Source: Octopus bimaculoides (lineage: Eukaryota). From it: a stretch of DNA of 44,117 nucleotides. The stretch lies in the NCBI RefSeq assembly GCF_001194135.2, contig NC_069005.1:22223974-22268090 (forward strand), written 5' to 3'. The notes under the pieces are model-generated. The model searched no databases. It saw nothing but the letters and a program-made list of their open reading frames with translations, and was not told the DNA's origin. The position numbers and the translations under genes are program-made. Of this stretch, positions 23,125-35,967 are shown in pieces (within the stretch, counting starts at the first letter, position 1; every line of letters begins with the position of its first letter).

Positions 23125-23889
23125 TAATATATCTTACGGTAATCCTTATATTCCTAAAACTAAGGTGTGTGGTTCACATGCTCTACCTAAGTTCCCGCCT
23201 GATTCACATTTTCAATAACCAGATAGACCTCCACGTGCCTTACCTCAGTCGACTAAGCATACTTCCTGACATATATCAAAGCATTTGGAAACTCCCACCA
23301 TTTTTTACACAGTGGTATGTCATTTTCTTCTCTCCTGAATAAATTCGTCGGGCAAGGAGATATGTCTTTTGTGACGTACCCTGTTCATTCCTTTTCCCTT
23401 TTCCTAGCGTTTACTTAAGTCAAAACGCTCCTTTTCAACTAAAATATTTGCAAAAAAAAAAACCAGGAAGGTGTTATTGCTTTTCGTATTGCTGTTTTTA
23501 CCTGTCAAATTAATGTTTCCAGGGTTATTCTTTTTCCTATTTTTATTTATACAACTTTGTTTAAGACTGATGGTTTGTTTGAGTGATTTCTTTCTTTGCT
23601 AGCTTCTCAAAAAATTCTGTTGTGTTTCCCTTTGAAAATATTTTGGAGCGTATTTGCATTATTGAGACTACTGCTACTACTAGTATCGTGGAGGACATCT
23701 GACTATTTCTGAGGCCATTTTCAACTACGAAAACAAGGCATGTGACTTTTTAAGTCGTGGGCCTATAGCCCCAATATTACACTATTTACCTTAGTCAATG
23801 CACGGTAATCACTTATAAGCTTTAAGCTTGTAAAATATTATCATTATTATTTACATAATTTTAAAATCGGCACTACTTCACAAATAAGG

Positions 23890-23925
<36 letters not shown>

Positions 23926-24214
23926 NNNNNNNNNNNNNNNNNNNNNNNNNNNNNNNNNNNNNNNNNNNNNNNNNNNNNNNNNNNNNNNNNNNNNNNNNNN
24001 NNNNNNNNNNNNNNNNNNNNNNNNNNNNNNNNNNNNNNNNNNNNNNNNNNNNNNNNNNNNNNNNNNNNNNNNNNNNNNNNNNNNNNNNNNNNNNNNNNNN
24101 NNNNNNNNNNNNNNNNNNNNNNNNNNNNNNNNNNNNNNNNNNNNNNNNNNNNNNNNNNNNNNNNNNNNNNNNNNNNNNNNNNNNNNNNNNNNNNNNNNNN
24201 NNNNNNNNNNNNNN

Positions 24215-24253
<39 letters not shown>

Positions 24254-24399
24254 CAGAGCTCTCACTAAAGTGTCGGAGGGTGCTACTAAGCACCAATATT
24301 GCTAGAAATAAGAGTCAAAATAACTGGCATGCGCTGTTCTCTCATTCAATGATAATAATAATGTCCCCACTGATATTCGTGCAGGGAATGATCCTCTTG

Positions 24400-24774
24400 A
24401 GTGAAATACTACAGAAAACAAAGTTGGGGTATGATCTGGGAAGAGGTAAGGGAAAACGAAACTACTTACTATTCATGGACGACCTGAAGCTATTCACAAA
24501 AATTGAGGCAGAACTGGACAGCCTAGTCCAGTCTTTGCGGATTTTCTGCAATGATATCATGATGGAGTTTGGACTCTCAAAATGTGCTACGATGGTGATG
24601 AGACGAGGAAAGCTTGCCAGGACAGAAAGCATATGGATACCAAGTGGTGAAATGATAAAGGCAATTCAACCAGAATCCAGCTACAAATACCTGGGAATAC
24701 TTGAGGTAGATGGAATCAAGCAGCACAACATGAAGGAAAAGACAACAAAAGTATTCTTGCAGCGAATGAGATAA
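24400..24774 (+). mobile_element. R4/Dong-like non-LTR retrotransposon, reverse-transcriptase fragment
   Basis: YLLFMDDLKLF (catalytic DD motif)...DIMMEFGLSKCA...RGKL...YKYLGILE. The clade call rests on recalled motif similarity. Confidence 0.88.
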
Positions 24775-25369
24775 ATATTGTGGAACAGGCATGCAATGCG
24801 AAAAATTAGCAAAAATGAAAAACTGAAATTGAACGCTAAATTACGAAGAAACAAAGTGAATGGTAAATTACAAAAGAAACAAACTGAAAGAAAGAAAGAA
24901 AGAAAGAGAGAATGAAAGAAGGAAAGAAGGAAAGAAAGAGAAAATAAATAAAAAAATAAAAGAAATGAATACGCAAAAACATCAATCACAGAAGGGAAAA
25001 AACGAACAACAATCTCAACAAGAACAACAGCTGCGGTAGCAGCGGCGGCAACAAAAATTGACAACAAAAATTGACAGACGTTTGGCGTCACTGTGATGAC
25101 TGATCGATTGAAACGGATTTCTCGATCCGAGTAGAAGTTGAAACCCTTCCCTTTATGATACAATAGCAAGGAAGTCGTACGAACCAATAGAAAAAGGGTG
25201 CGGTGAATTCATCCATGACACAAAATTATGAAGACGGCGAAAACAAGAATAAGAGTAAGAAGTAAAACATTTTGTTTTCTTTCTTTGCAATTTCAAACCG
25301 TGGGATAACTATAATGAATTGTATCATAACGCGGCGTTGTGCTACGTTTTCTATCGGTATTTAGTTATT

Positions 25370-25605
25370 TTCATTCATTCATTTTGTTGTCGTGTTCACA
25401 GTCATTCATTTTGTCGTCTGCTTTTGTCGTCTGCTGCGTTCAGTCAGTCATTTTGTCATCTGTTGCGTTCAATCAGGTATTTTGTCGTCTGCTGTGTTCA
25501 TTCATTCATTTCGTCGCCTGCATCGTTTAATAATTCTCTCCGTTCATTCATCCATTCATTCATTTATTTCATTCATTCATCCATCCATTCATTCACTACA
25601 TACAC
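25370..25605. repeat. Degenerate tandem repeat (cattcattttgtcgtctg-like units grading into (CATT)n)
   Basis: tt(t)gtcgtctg-like motif recurs about 6 times at short irregular spacing. Confidence 0.8.
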
Positions 25606-25949
25606 GTATATCTTCAACTATAATACCGGAGTAAAAAACATGTCATGACTATAAATTTACATATGTTCTTGCTAAATTCTCAGTCTAATGGAGTTTCGGT
25701 TTTGTTCAAAGATACTTCAATTTTCTGTATTTATCTGCTATTGTTGATAACACATAGCATGAACGATATAAATGAACATTATCACAAAGAGTCTGAATAA
25801 AACATGTGACAGAAAGTATTGCACTATCAATATTTGCCTGTATTTAACAGCTTCACAGTTGTCCCTATGAAATAAGATGCATTGCTAGCAGTCGGCGAAT
25901 TAGCTAGCAGTCGTTTGAGTGTCGAGTCTTGCAATATTTATTCCGGCTT

Positions 25950-26100
25950 TAAGGCGGCGAGCTGGCCAAAACATTAGCACGCCGGGCGAAATGCTTAGCA
26001 GTATTTCGTCTGTCTAAATTAAGTACCAGTTGCGTACTGGGGTCGATCTAATCGACTGGTCCCCTCCCCAAAAATTTCCCTTGTGCCTAGAGTAGAAAAG
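25950..26100 (+). mobile_element. SINE family A (tail C, core deleted) nested in an older SINE
   Basis: 17-bp TSD aatatttattccggctt at 25933-25949 and 26101-26117. The host SINE pieces at ~25885-25949 and 26118-26195 rejoin. Confidence 0.9.
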
Positions 26101-26198
26101 AATATTTATTCCGGCTTCTTGCGATTTGAGTTCAAATCACATAGAGTCCAACTTTGCCTGCCACCTTTACACGGTCGGTAAATAAGCACCAGTCTTGT

Positions 26199-26470
26199 GT
26201 GATGAACTGGCAAAATTGCTAAAGCATCGGACGGAATGCCTTGCAGAATTTGCCCCGGATCATGTGCGTTGCCCTTCCTCCTTACTAAGCGATAAAAAGA
26301 AAAGACTAGAATGTCCTCAACTTTTGCTGCAAAATTCCTCCGAGGTGTACTTTGCCTTTCATCATTTCGGGGTAGATAAAATAAGTACCGTCTGAGCACT
26401 GGGGTCGATCTAATTGACCTATCTTTCTCCCGAAATTGCTGGCCTTGTGCCAAAACTTGAATACATTATT
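26199..26470 (+). mobile_element. SINE family A, tail B, with an internal insertion
   Basis: Core ccgaggtgtactttgcctttcatcatttcggggtagataaaataagtacc; tail gaaattgctggccttgtgccaaaac. Confidence 0.85.
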
Positions 26471-26799
26471 AACAATACTGAGAAAAAGATTTTTTTTTTT
26501 AATCGTTTTTTCAGCTGACATAAGGATGAAATTTGGTTAAAACTGTTTTCTGAACGGAAAAAAAGTATCCATGCTTTCTCTACACACACAGAAAGCTGCT
26601 AATACCTTGGCATCGACAAAAAACGTTATCTTATAAATATGCTGTCAACAGCGATAGTGATTTATGAGTTCTACATCTAGTTCATTTTTTAAAAATATAT
26701 CAATCTGAAGTTTCCTCTTACAAAACGATATCATATGATGCATTTATAGTAAGAGTTCTGGTATCACCATTTGGGATATCCGACCGATTCATCAGATTT

Positions 26800-27450
26800 A
26801 TGAATTAGATAACTGCTATATACTGAAAAACAATCATAACCCTCCACAAAGGAGGCGAAAATAATACAGCTATAGCAAAAAAGCTTAAAATTAGCCCAAC
26901 ACTCTGGAAAACTGTCGAGAAATTTCAAAAGATTGGTTTCACCGCTTGATCGACCTGAACGTAGCCGAAAAAGAAGTCTGCAGACCCCTCAGCTTATCAA
27001 AAGTACCAGAGAAAAGATACGGCGAAATCCTCGTCATTCCGTCAAAAATTGGTTGCCACAGGAAGAGTAAGTCAAACATCGATGAAGGAGGGTCTCAAGA
27101 CCCATCCCTACAAGAGGATCCGTCGCCATGCGCTCAGGCAAGTTTATAAGGCCTTGAGACTGGAGAGAAGTCGTCTTACTCTGCGTAAGATTGCTGATGA
27201 CACGCTGCCCAACCTGGTGTTCACTAATAAAAAGAAATCTGACATCGAACAGACAGTAAATAACCAGAATGACTGACTTCGGAGTGTATCTGGATCCATC
27301 GAGGGTAGACTCATAAATCGACGTCAAAATCCACAGTCAATTATAGTTTGGGCGGCTGTGTCGGCCACTGGAAGGTCTCCCCTCGTTTTTGTGTCTTCAG
27401 ATGTTAAAAGTAACACCCATCAATACATGAGCGACATTCTGGAAGCTGAA
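26800..27450 (+). pseudogene. Tc1/mariner-superfamily transposase remnant (DD37D/maT-like)
   Basis: IAKKLKISPTLWKTVEKFQK...PNLVFTNKKKSDIEQTVNNQND*...QNPQSIIVWAAVSATGRSPLVFV. This matches the FSDEK..F...N.QNDR and SVMVWA...G..PLVF motifs, with stops and frameshifts. Confidence 0.82.
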
Positions 27451-27661
27451 CATCCTCTCTTTGTCTTCTTGTTATTTGGATTATAGTTTACTCTTCGCCG
27501 CACTCACACAAGGCAGAATTTTCTACACTTGTTAAATTTCGGTATTAGTCTGAAATCTGACAGTGTTGATAATCCAGAAATCGAGTTGGGTGCTTCCTTA
27601 GCAGGACCTTATATAAATATATATATGTGAGGGGGGTGTATGTGTGTGTATGTATGTATGC

Positions 27662-27716
<55 letters not shown>

Positions 27717-28716
27717 NNNNNNNNNNNNNNNNNNNNNNNNNNNNNNNNNNNNNNNNNNNNNNNNNNNNNNNNNNNNNNNNNNNNNNNNNNNNNNNNNNNN
27801 NNNNNNNNNNNNNNNNNNNNNNNNNNNNNNNNNNNNNNNNNNNNNNNNNNNNNNNNNNNNNNNNNNNNNNNNNNNNNNNNNNNNNNNNNNNNNNNNNNNN
27901 NNNNNNNNNNNNNNNNNNNNNNNNNNNNNNNNNNNNNNNNNNNNNNNNNNNNNNNNNNNNNNNNNNNNNNNNNNNNNNNNNNNNNNNNNNNNNNNNNNNN
28001 NNNNNNNNNNNNNNNNNNNNNNNNNNNNNNNNNNNNNNNNNNNNNNNNNNNNNNNNNNNNNNNNNNNNNNNNNNNNNNNNNNNNNNNNNNNNNNNNNNNN
28101 NNNNNNNNNNNNNNNNNNNNNNNNNNNNNNNNNNNNNNNNNNNNNNNNNNNNNNNNNNNNNNNNNNNNNNNNNNNNNNNNNNNNNNNNNNNNNNNNNNNN
28201 NNNNNNNNNNNNNNNNNNNNNNNNNNNNNNNNNNNNNNNNNNNNNNNNNNNNNNNNNNNNNNNNNNNNNNNNNNNNNNNNNNNNNNNNNNNNNNNNNNNN
28301 NNNNNNNNNNNNNNNNNNNNNNNNNNNNNNNNNNNNNNNNNNNNNNNNNNNNNNNNNNNNNNNNNNNNNNNNNNNNNNNNNNNNNNNNNNNNNNNNNNNN
28401 NNNNNNNNNNNNNNNNNNNNNNNNNNNNNNNNNNNNNNNNNNNNNNNNNNNNNNNNNNNNNNNNNNNNNNNNNNNNNNNNNNNNNNNNNNNNNNNNNNNN
28501 NNNNNNNNNNNNNNNNNNNNNNNNNNNNNNNNNNNNNNNNNNNNNNNNNNNNNNNNNNNNNNNNNNNNNNNNNNNNNNNNNNNNNNNNNNNNNNNNNNNN
28601 NNNNNNNNNNNNNNNNNNNNNNNNNNNNNNNNNNNNNNNNNNNNNNNNNNNNNNNNNNNNNNNNNNNNNNNNNNNNNNNNNNNNNNNNNNNNNNNNNNNN
28701 NNNNNNNNNNNNNNNN

Positions 28717-28770
<54 letters not shown>

Positions 28771-28825
28771 CATATGTGTGCACATATATATATATGCACA
28801 CACACACATGCATATATATATGCAT

Positions 28826-29051
28826 GTGAGAAGGGATGACCAGTAAGTGGACATCCTTTACGCTAGAAATCGACCATCAACGGTCAAATCACAAAAGAAA
28901 AGAATGTTCTCCAGGGAAATTCAGCGCACACCAGATCATGTTCTGGTGTGCGCTGAATTTCCCCGGAGAACATTCTTTTCTTTTGTGATTTGACCGTTGA
29001 TGGTCGATTTCTAGCGTAAAGGGTGTCCATTTAATGGTCATCCCTTCTCAC
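28826..29051. mobile_element. 226-bp loopless palindromic element
   Basis: Two 113-bp arms with 5 mismatches, centred on CATG (28937-28940). Confidence 0.9.
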
Positions 29052-29246
29052 GTATGTAATATAACTTTTCTGAATTTTCAGAATTTTCTTTATGCTAGGC
29101 CACTGGTTTTAAATTGGTGTTATTTAAATTAATATCCAATTTATCACCCTTATTATTTAAGTACATATATATATATATGTATATATATATGTATATATAT
29201 ATATATGTGTGTGTGTGTATACATATGTGTATGCATGTATATATTG

Positions 29247-29365
29247 TGGGCTTCTTTCAGTTTTCTTCTACCAAATCTACTCACAAAACTTTGGTCAGCA
29301 TGGGGCTATAGTAGAAGACACTTGCTTTAACTGCCACGCATCGGGCCTGGACCCAAGACCACTTG
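29247..29365 (-). mobile_element. SINE family D, internal fragment
   Basis: gggcttctttcagtttt...ccaaatctactcacaa...ggctatagtagaagacacttg matches 39385-39460. Confidence 0.8.
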
Positions 29366-29976
29366 AAATGTATGTGTGTGTGCGTGTGAGTATGGGTGGG
29401 ATATACTTATATGTACCTATATATAGACACACAATCTACATGGACATACACAACACAACATCCCCAAAACACGTGCCGCCCCAGTGCCAGTGCCAGTGCC
29501 AGCTGATGGTGTCAATCAGCTGATTCACCAGTATCATAGTACGCTTAGTGTACTACTTGTCACATGATACACAAAGCACACATACCTATTCATCATTTGG
29601 AGCTGTCAACATTTTCCACCCTCCACTGTAGTCACTTCCACAAGCATATTACTTCCATGTGTATGTGTGTGTGTGTGGGGGGGGGGAGAGAGTGAGAGTG
29701 TGTGTGTGTGTGTGTGTNNNNNNNNNNNNNNNNNNNNNNNNNNNNNNNNNNNNNNNNNNNNNNNCGTGTGTATACTTCCGCACATACACCTCCACACAAT
29801 ATATACACATGCATATATATATAATAATATTAGGGACAAAATCCAAAATTACAGGTAAAAACTCAATTAAAATCAATTTATAAAAAATTGAAATTAAATT
29901 GAGCTTTATAGATAAAATATATATAAAATATATATATATATGCATATGTGTGTGGCTGTGTATGTGCCTGTGTGTT

Positions 29977-30016
<40 letters not shown>

Positions 30017-30256
30017 TGTGTGTATGTGTTTGTGTGTATAATTATATATTTATGCTTGTATGCATGTATGCACGTACGTACCTATGTATGTATGCATGTC
30101 TTAACGTTTGAAAGTCACAAAACTGCAGTATTCGCTCTGAGAAAGTTTCTCGTATAGATGTATGGTGCTAAAAATACAGAATATATCAGCAGCAGATGAA
30201 AAGTGTCCCGTAGCAGATTTCTGTGTCCTTACACATCATCAGTAGAAGATATCCTC

Positions 30257-30585
30257 TATCAAACACATACTTAGGCATGTTTTGCCTCTACTGATATAGA
30301 AAATCAGTGATTAACAAATCACCAGGGTTGCAAAATCTGTCTTCTAAGCAAAAATTCCTTATTAGCGACGGAAGCTGTACTAGTTCCAAATAGCATTCTG
30401 CATATCTCACTTAATATAGCCATGTTAAGTACAATAGACAGGATGCTATTTTGAACCAGTACTGCTTTCCTCGCTAATAACGATTTTTATTCTAACTCGC
30501 AAGCTAATTGCGACACTAATGATTTGTTAATAATTGTTTTTCTGTATCAGTAGAAACGAAATTTGTTCTAAGCATGCATTTGATA
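30257..30585. mobile_element. Old diverged palindromic (foldback) element
   Basis: ttattagcgacggaagctgtactagttccaaatagcattctg aligns with the reverse complement of caggatgctattttgaaccagtactgctttcctcgctaataa. The outer arms also align; centre at 30419/30420. Confidence 0.8.
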
Positions 30586-31027
30586 CATGATACCGATGAC
30601 GCACAAATACGCAAAAATGATGGATTTAGCAAATCCACCGCCGCTGCTACTGGTCTTTCTGCGCTTTTTAGCACTCTACGCTCATAGAAGTTGCTTTCTC
30701 ATGGACGAAGACCACAGTGTTCTGGCTTTCTTACAGTATATCAACGTTAAGTAAGATATATAGAATGCTATTCTGGACTAATATTTCTTCCGCCTCTAAT
30801 AGCAATATACATATGTGTATATATGTGTGTGAGTTTGTATGCGCGCGCGCGTGCGTGCGTGTGTGTGTATATATATATATGTAGATAGATAGACAGACAG
30901 ACAGACAAACAGATAGATATAATAGATAGATAGACACACACATATATACTTATGCATATGTATGTACATATACGTATGTGTATGCATGTGTATATGCACA
31001 TACATACATTTATCCATACATACATAC

Positions 31028-31785
31028 GACATCACATCACACTTTGAAGGCTATGTGTTTGCAATCCAGGAGCAGGAAATTACCACAAAGTACCTGGTGA
31101 ACAAGAAATACAGTGACGCTCTTGTAATCCCGAGGTGCAACCGCGTGTATAGGTTATGTCATGTTTCTGTGGAAGACATTACGCATGTGATTAGCAGCTG
31201 TCCTAAAATGTCGTCACGGTACTACCTCCCAAAACAATTTACAATGCCATCCTTAGAAAAGACTGCTCTGAAATAAACTTAGAAACCCCCCCTGTTATGG
31301 AATACATTCATAAACACCAACTCAAGGAATACTGGTGGAATATTCTCATCAAAACTTCTATGAAATGTGAACATAACAGGCCTGATATTGTCGTTTGGGA
31401 CTGAGAGGCAAAGGTATGTACCATCATAGAGGTCAGCTGCCCTGCAGATATAAATATCTATGGACAACTGTTTCGAAACCTCCAACTTCTATATCCAGAC
31501 TATGAATTCATATTCATACCAATAATAATTAGAGCTCTAGGTTTCGTTAGTAAATGCTTAAAGGAGAATCTGATTAAACTGGGATTTTCAGAAAGAGAAA
31601 TCGACCGACTAATTCGAACATTAAAAGTGCAATCTGTGAGTGGAACAGTAAAAATATGCAAGATTTTTCTCAAGTTCCAAATGTGAACGTCTGTTAACTA
31701 CATCCCAAAGATGGAGCCTTGTATCTTTGTTGGAAACCGGCTCACTCTTCAGTGAAAGATTTATAATGATTAAAAAATAGAAGAG
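31028..31785 (+). mobile_element. R4/Dong-like non-LTR retrotransposon, 5'-truncated 3' end (zinc knuckle + restriction-like endonuclease)
   Basis: SHFEGYVFAIQEQEITTKYL...RLCHVSVEDITHVISSCP...HNRPDIVVWD...TIIEVSCP...KICKIFLKFQM*; (ACAT)n lies on both sides. Confidence 0.9.
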
Positions 31786-31949
31786 ACATACATACATACA
31801 TACATACATACATACATACATACATGCATGAGAAGATCTGTAAGACATTCCAAAAATTCTGTATCTGAAATTCTTATGTGTATAGATGTACACACTTGGG
31901 TGAATGTATCAACAGATCAATCAACTTACCAACTCAACCACATATTTAC

Positions 31950-32575
31950 AAACACCGAGTACTCTTTTAGCTCAAAAAGTCTTGTCGCTTTGTTTACAAC
32001 CGGCTTTAACTCTGTCAAGAAAAACTTAATGAGACAGATGTTCCAACTCGCAAGCTGCTCAGTATTGCAGGATACTTCAACATCAATGGAGATGTAGACA
32101 GGCTATACTTCCCACGCAAGGATGGTGGTCGTAGTCTTAAATCTGGATTGTTGTCATAAAAGGCATGCGTTGCAACACTGAAACATCTATAACAGATGAA
32201 AGAGACCTGTAACTACCTTGCCCGCCCAAGTTTGCGACCATGAAATCAATAACATAATTAGGGTAGCTAATGAGGAGAGGTATGAAATAAGATACAGATC
32301 TCTCTCCAAAGAGCATTGGTAAAATTTATTTTTCAGGAGAACAAAATAAAAAAAAATGGGTCAGTTCATCGAGAAGTTAATACATGGGTACTTAGCACGA
32401 AAAATACGTACCATAGAAAGGATTGATCATGTCAAAAGCTTGGCATGAGGTACCGACAAGTTTATGCCATCCCACTTTGATGACTAACCCCATGAAATTC
32501 AAGAAAAAAGAGATCGCCACCAAGTACGTACAGCATAAAAGGCAGAAAACGTTGACAGACAACAACTTCAGTGTG
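31950..32575 (+). mobile_element. Second, more decayed R4/Dong-like fragment (post-RT region)
   Basis: TRKLLSIAGYFNINGDVDRLYFPRKDGGRSLK...HGYL...EIQEKEIATKY. Confidence 0.82.
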
Positions 32576-33086
32576 TGCAAGACCAAGACTGATGTATCTA
32601 TATAAATGTGCATCACTCATGCTCATACACAGAACTTTTTTTGTCTGAAAGATCAAGAAAATATTAGTGACAGGAATTCATCAAGTTTCGAACGAAGAAA
32701 CTCCGCAATGGAATACTGCCGTCAAGTATTCTTTCTTTTGTTAGCACATAGAAACGGATATGTAGGCAGAGAATTGATAAAAGACGCTTAGCATTTCACG
32801 ACTTTGTCTACATAACTTCAAATAGGTAACTCAGAGAACCATTGTTCATCCATTAAAAAGCTATCAGAGTGAGAAAAGATTTGATATAACTGCAAGTGAC
32901 AATAACACGTACAACGATAAATATTTCAATCTTACCTTGCCGAAAATGTGATTAAACAACCGCCAACAGAACTTTGTTAATCAGACATGTTGAATTGTTC
33001 GTACTTTCGATCTAAATGAAATAATACATCATTTGTTATTTATTTTAAGGATACAATGGAAGGAAGTATGTTACACTAGAAGTAGT

Positions 33087-33568
33087 ATTTAAACATGGAT
33101 GTTCTATTAGAACAGACTATACTGCTGTAGATACAATGAGAGAAACACTCATATTGGCTTTGGGGGCAAAATGCATTCTTGTTTATATCGCTAGGGGGAG
33201 ATAAATCACGTGGTTTCGACCTTCTTTGGTCATGTCAATGATGGAAACTCGACCGCTAGAGGTAGCAGCGACTCAATTTCCTGCCAACAGTATATAGAAA
33301 AACAGTTCCAGAATAGGCACTGGTGTCGCGATTAGCCAGTGAACTTGTTAAAAAATATATATTGACGACAGAAGCAGTATTGATAACGGAGAAGTAATAT
33401 TTATCTCCATTTAAACGTGTTTGTTCTGTTATAACAAACTATAAAGAAACTCTCATATTGGCTTTTGATACAAAATGTACTCTTGTTTATATCGTTAGCG
33501 GGGAGACAAATCCCCGCCACCCATGGCACCAAGACTACCAAATCACGTGATTTCGGCCTTCGTTGATC
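33087..33568 (+). repeat. Diverged local direct duplication (33087-33230 and 33410-33568)
   Basis: agaaac(a/t)ctcatattggcttt...caaaatg...cttgtttatatcg(c/t)tag...aaatcacgtg occurs in both copies. Confidence 0.8.
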
Positions 33569-34084
33569 TTTTTAATAGAAGTTCGGACATGGATGTGGAC
33601 ATTTTCAGAGTAGAAATATTAAATTCAGAAAAACGTCGGTGTATTGTGATAACAGTGAAAGGGCACACATTCTGTATCTGAAAATACATACATTACCACT
33701 ATTGGTGCCATCAGCAGCAACGCCACCAACCGCAGCAATGACTAAAGCCGATATGTTCCTCCTCTGATGATGATTATAATCATCATTTGGCTGGTATTTC
33801 TAGCATGTCGAGCGAGCACGTAAAGGTCCTCGTATCGGTTCAACGGAAAATGGATTGATGAAGGTGGAGATTTCAGTCACTATCACCATGTACATATGTG
33901 CATATCTATGTAACTATATGCACGTATGCAGCTGCGTGTATATGCGTGCGTCTGTGTGTCCAAGTGTGCGAAGAGATAAAGAGTGACTGGTACGAAGTGA
34001 ATGTTTATGTATATGCTTGTATTCTTGTGTATCTCTTTCCATCTCTTTCCATCTCGCCCATCTCTCTGTCTGTGTCTGTGTCTG

Positions 34085-34117
<33 letters not shown>

Positions 34118-34539
34118 CCATGTCTATGTTTGTCTAACTCTCACTTTCTATCTATCTATCCATCCATCCATATATCTGTCTATCTATCTATCTGTCTGTC
34201 TGTCATTCTATCTACATTTATCCGTATATTTATGCATGTGTATGCATATATACACATGCATGTGAGAGACTTTTTGTTGTGTACGTGTGCGTGTGTGTGT
34301 GTGTGTACAAGAGAGAGAGAGAGAGAGAAAAAGAGAGGGTAAGAGTACGAGAAAGGAAGGAAGTAAATGAAATTGTAGGGGAAGGTGTGAGAGTAAGGAG
34401 ACTATGTGAAAAAATGTAAAGTTTGAGACACGAAGTCACAACATGGTGGGAAGATGAGGAAAAAGAAAGGAAAGAGTGGAGAGTGTGTGAGGGTACAACA
34501 CAAGAGAGGTTTAAAGGTACTGTTTCGTGTTGGCGAGCG

Positions 34540-34700
34540 TGAGTGGTGGTGGTGGCGGCGGCGGTAGTGGTGGTTATGGTGGTGATGGTGTTGGTGCCGG
34601 TGGTGATGGCGGTGGTGATGGTGGTGATGGTGGTGGTGGTGGTGGTGGACGTGCCGGCGCTGATGGCGGGTGGTGGTGCTGGTGGTGGAGCTAGCGCTGG
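34540..34700. repeat. (GGT)n/(GAT)n trinucleotide tract
   Basis: Directly visible. Confidence 0.92.
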
Positions 34701-35967
34701 TGAACCTACATGCCATCACCTTTCAGCAATGCTGTCATACACAGATGATACTACTCCGTTTTTCCTCAACTTTACTACGCAACCTAAACACCTCAGCTAA
34801 ATCTGCACTGACCCATAAACCAGAGCCCTCGAAAACATCTTCAAATGGGGGTCACGCCATCAGTGCTAAAAGAGACACATTTACTTACGTATCAAGAAAA
34901 GCTCAACTGCGATCCCATCTCAAGCCTAAACATAAACTTGCATGCAAGTGAAACTCTTGCAAGGATAACACTATATAATAACACTATATAATACGATTTT
35001 TGTCCTTGGGTAGCAACTGTTATTTCCTATTTGCTTACTCCCAGGAAGTATGAAAAATGGTTAATACTCCCTTCAATCTTTGCTTTTCTTACATTTATTC
35101 AACCCCCCACCAAATCTCTCAACATATGGCTATGATGCTCCCCCCACTATTCCTGCTCATGATTAGAGATGCATATATTGCCAGCTACTAAGAGACATGC
35201 TCAAGTGGTTAAGCAGAATATTTGCTATAACGATATTTCTGCTTCAGCAAATGAGCGCTGAATCTGTCTGAAATGTAATGGAAAATAGGCCAGCTTCAAA
35301 ACATTGATGTCCAGTTAAAAAAACAAAACAAAGTTTGAAGGGAGTAGTAGTCATTTCGTTTGATTTCTACATAGAAGCAAATAGGAAATGGCACTTACTG
35401 ACCAAATACAAAAAAAAAAAAAAGAAATAAAATTTGGTTACACAGTGTAATCTCCACAGTACCAGTGACATCGGTAAGCCTTATTACAACAAAAAACACG
35501 GATGTTTAATATCACNNNNNNNNNNNNNNNNNNNNNNNNNNNNNNNNNNNNNNNNNNNNNNNNNNNNNNNNNNNNNNNNNNNNNNNNNNNNNNNNNNNNN
35601 NNNNNNNNNNNNNNNNNNNNNNNNNNNNNNNNNNNNNNNNNNNNNNNNNNNNNNNNNNNNNNNNNNNNNNNNNNNNNNNNNNNNNNNNNNNNNNNNNNNN
35701 NNNNNNNNNNNNNNNNNNNNNNNNNNNNNNNNNNNNNNNNNNNNNNNNNNNNNNNNNNNNNNNNNNNNNNNNNNNNNNNNNNNNNNNNNNNNNNNNNNNN
35801 NNNNNNNNNNNNNNNNNNNNNNNNNNNNNNNNNNNNNNNNNNNNNNNNNNNNNNNNNNNNNNNNNNNNNNNNNNNNNNNNNNNNNNNNNNNNNNNNNNNN
35901 NNNNNNNNNNNNNNNNNNNNNNNNNNNNNNNNNNNNNNNNNNNNNNNNNNNNNNNNNNNNNNNNNNT

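Noticed and set aside
26770-26797. CTGATGA on the minus strand (also plus-strand 33763) as hammerhead cores
   Set aside because: Neither has a GAAA/NUH half-core at the right distance.
55-29945. Many long ORFs of the IYIYIY, CVCVCV, THTHTH, RERERE or XXXX type
   Set aside because: They are translations of dinucleotide microsatellites or read-through of N gaps, not genes.
34402-34800. His-rich, Gly/Val-rich or Pro/Thr-rich ORFs (also 19750-20380 and 38066-38496)
   Set aside because: Trinucleotide tracts are open in several frames on both strands, with no convincing splice pair or recognisable domain.
34891-34927. Minus-strand tttag|...|gtaagt exon-like segment (37 nt)
   Set aside because: It has stop codons in all three frames; it could only be non-coding, and nothing supports that.
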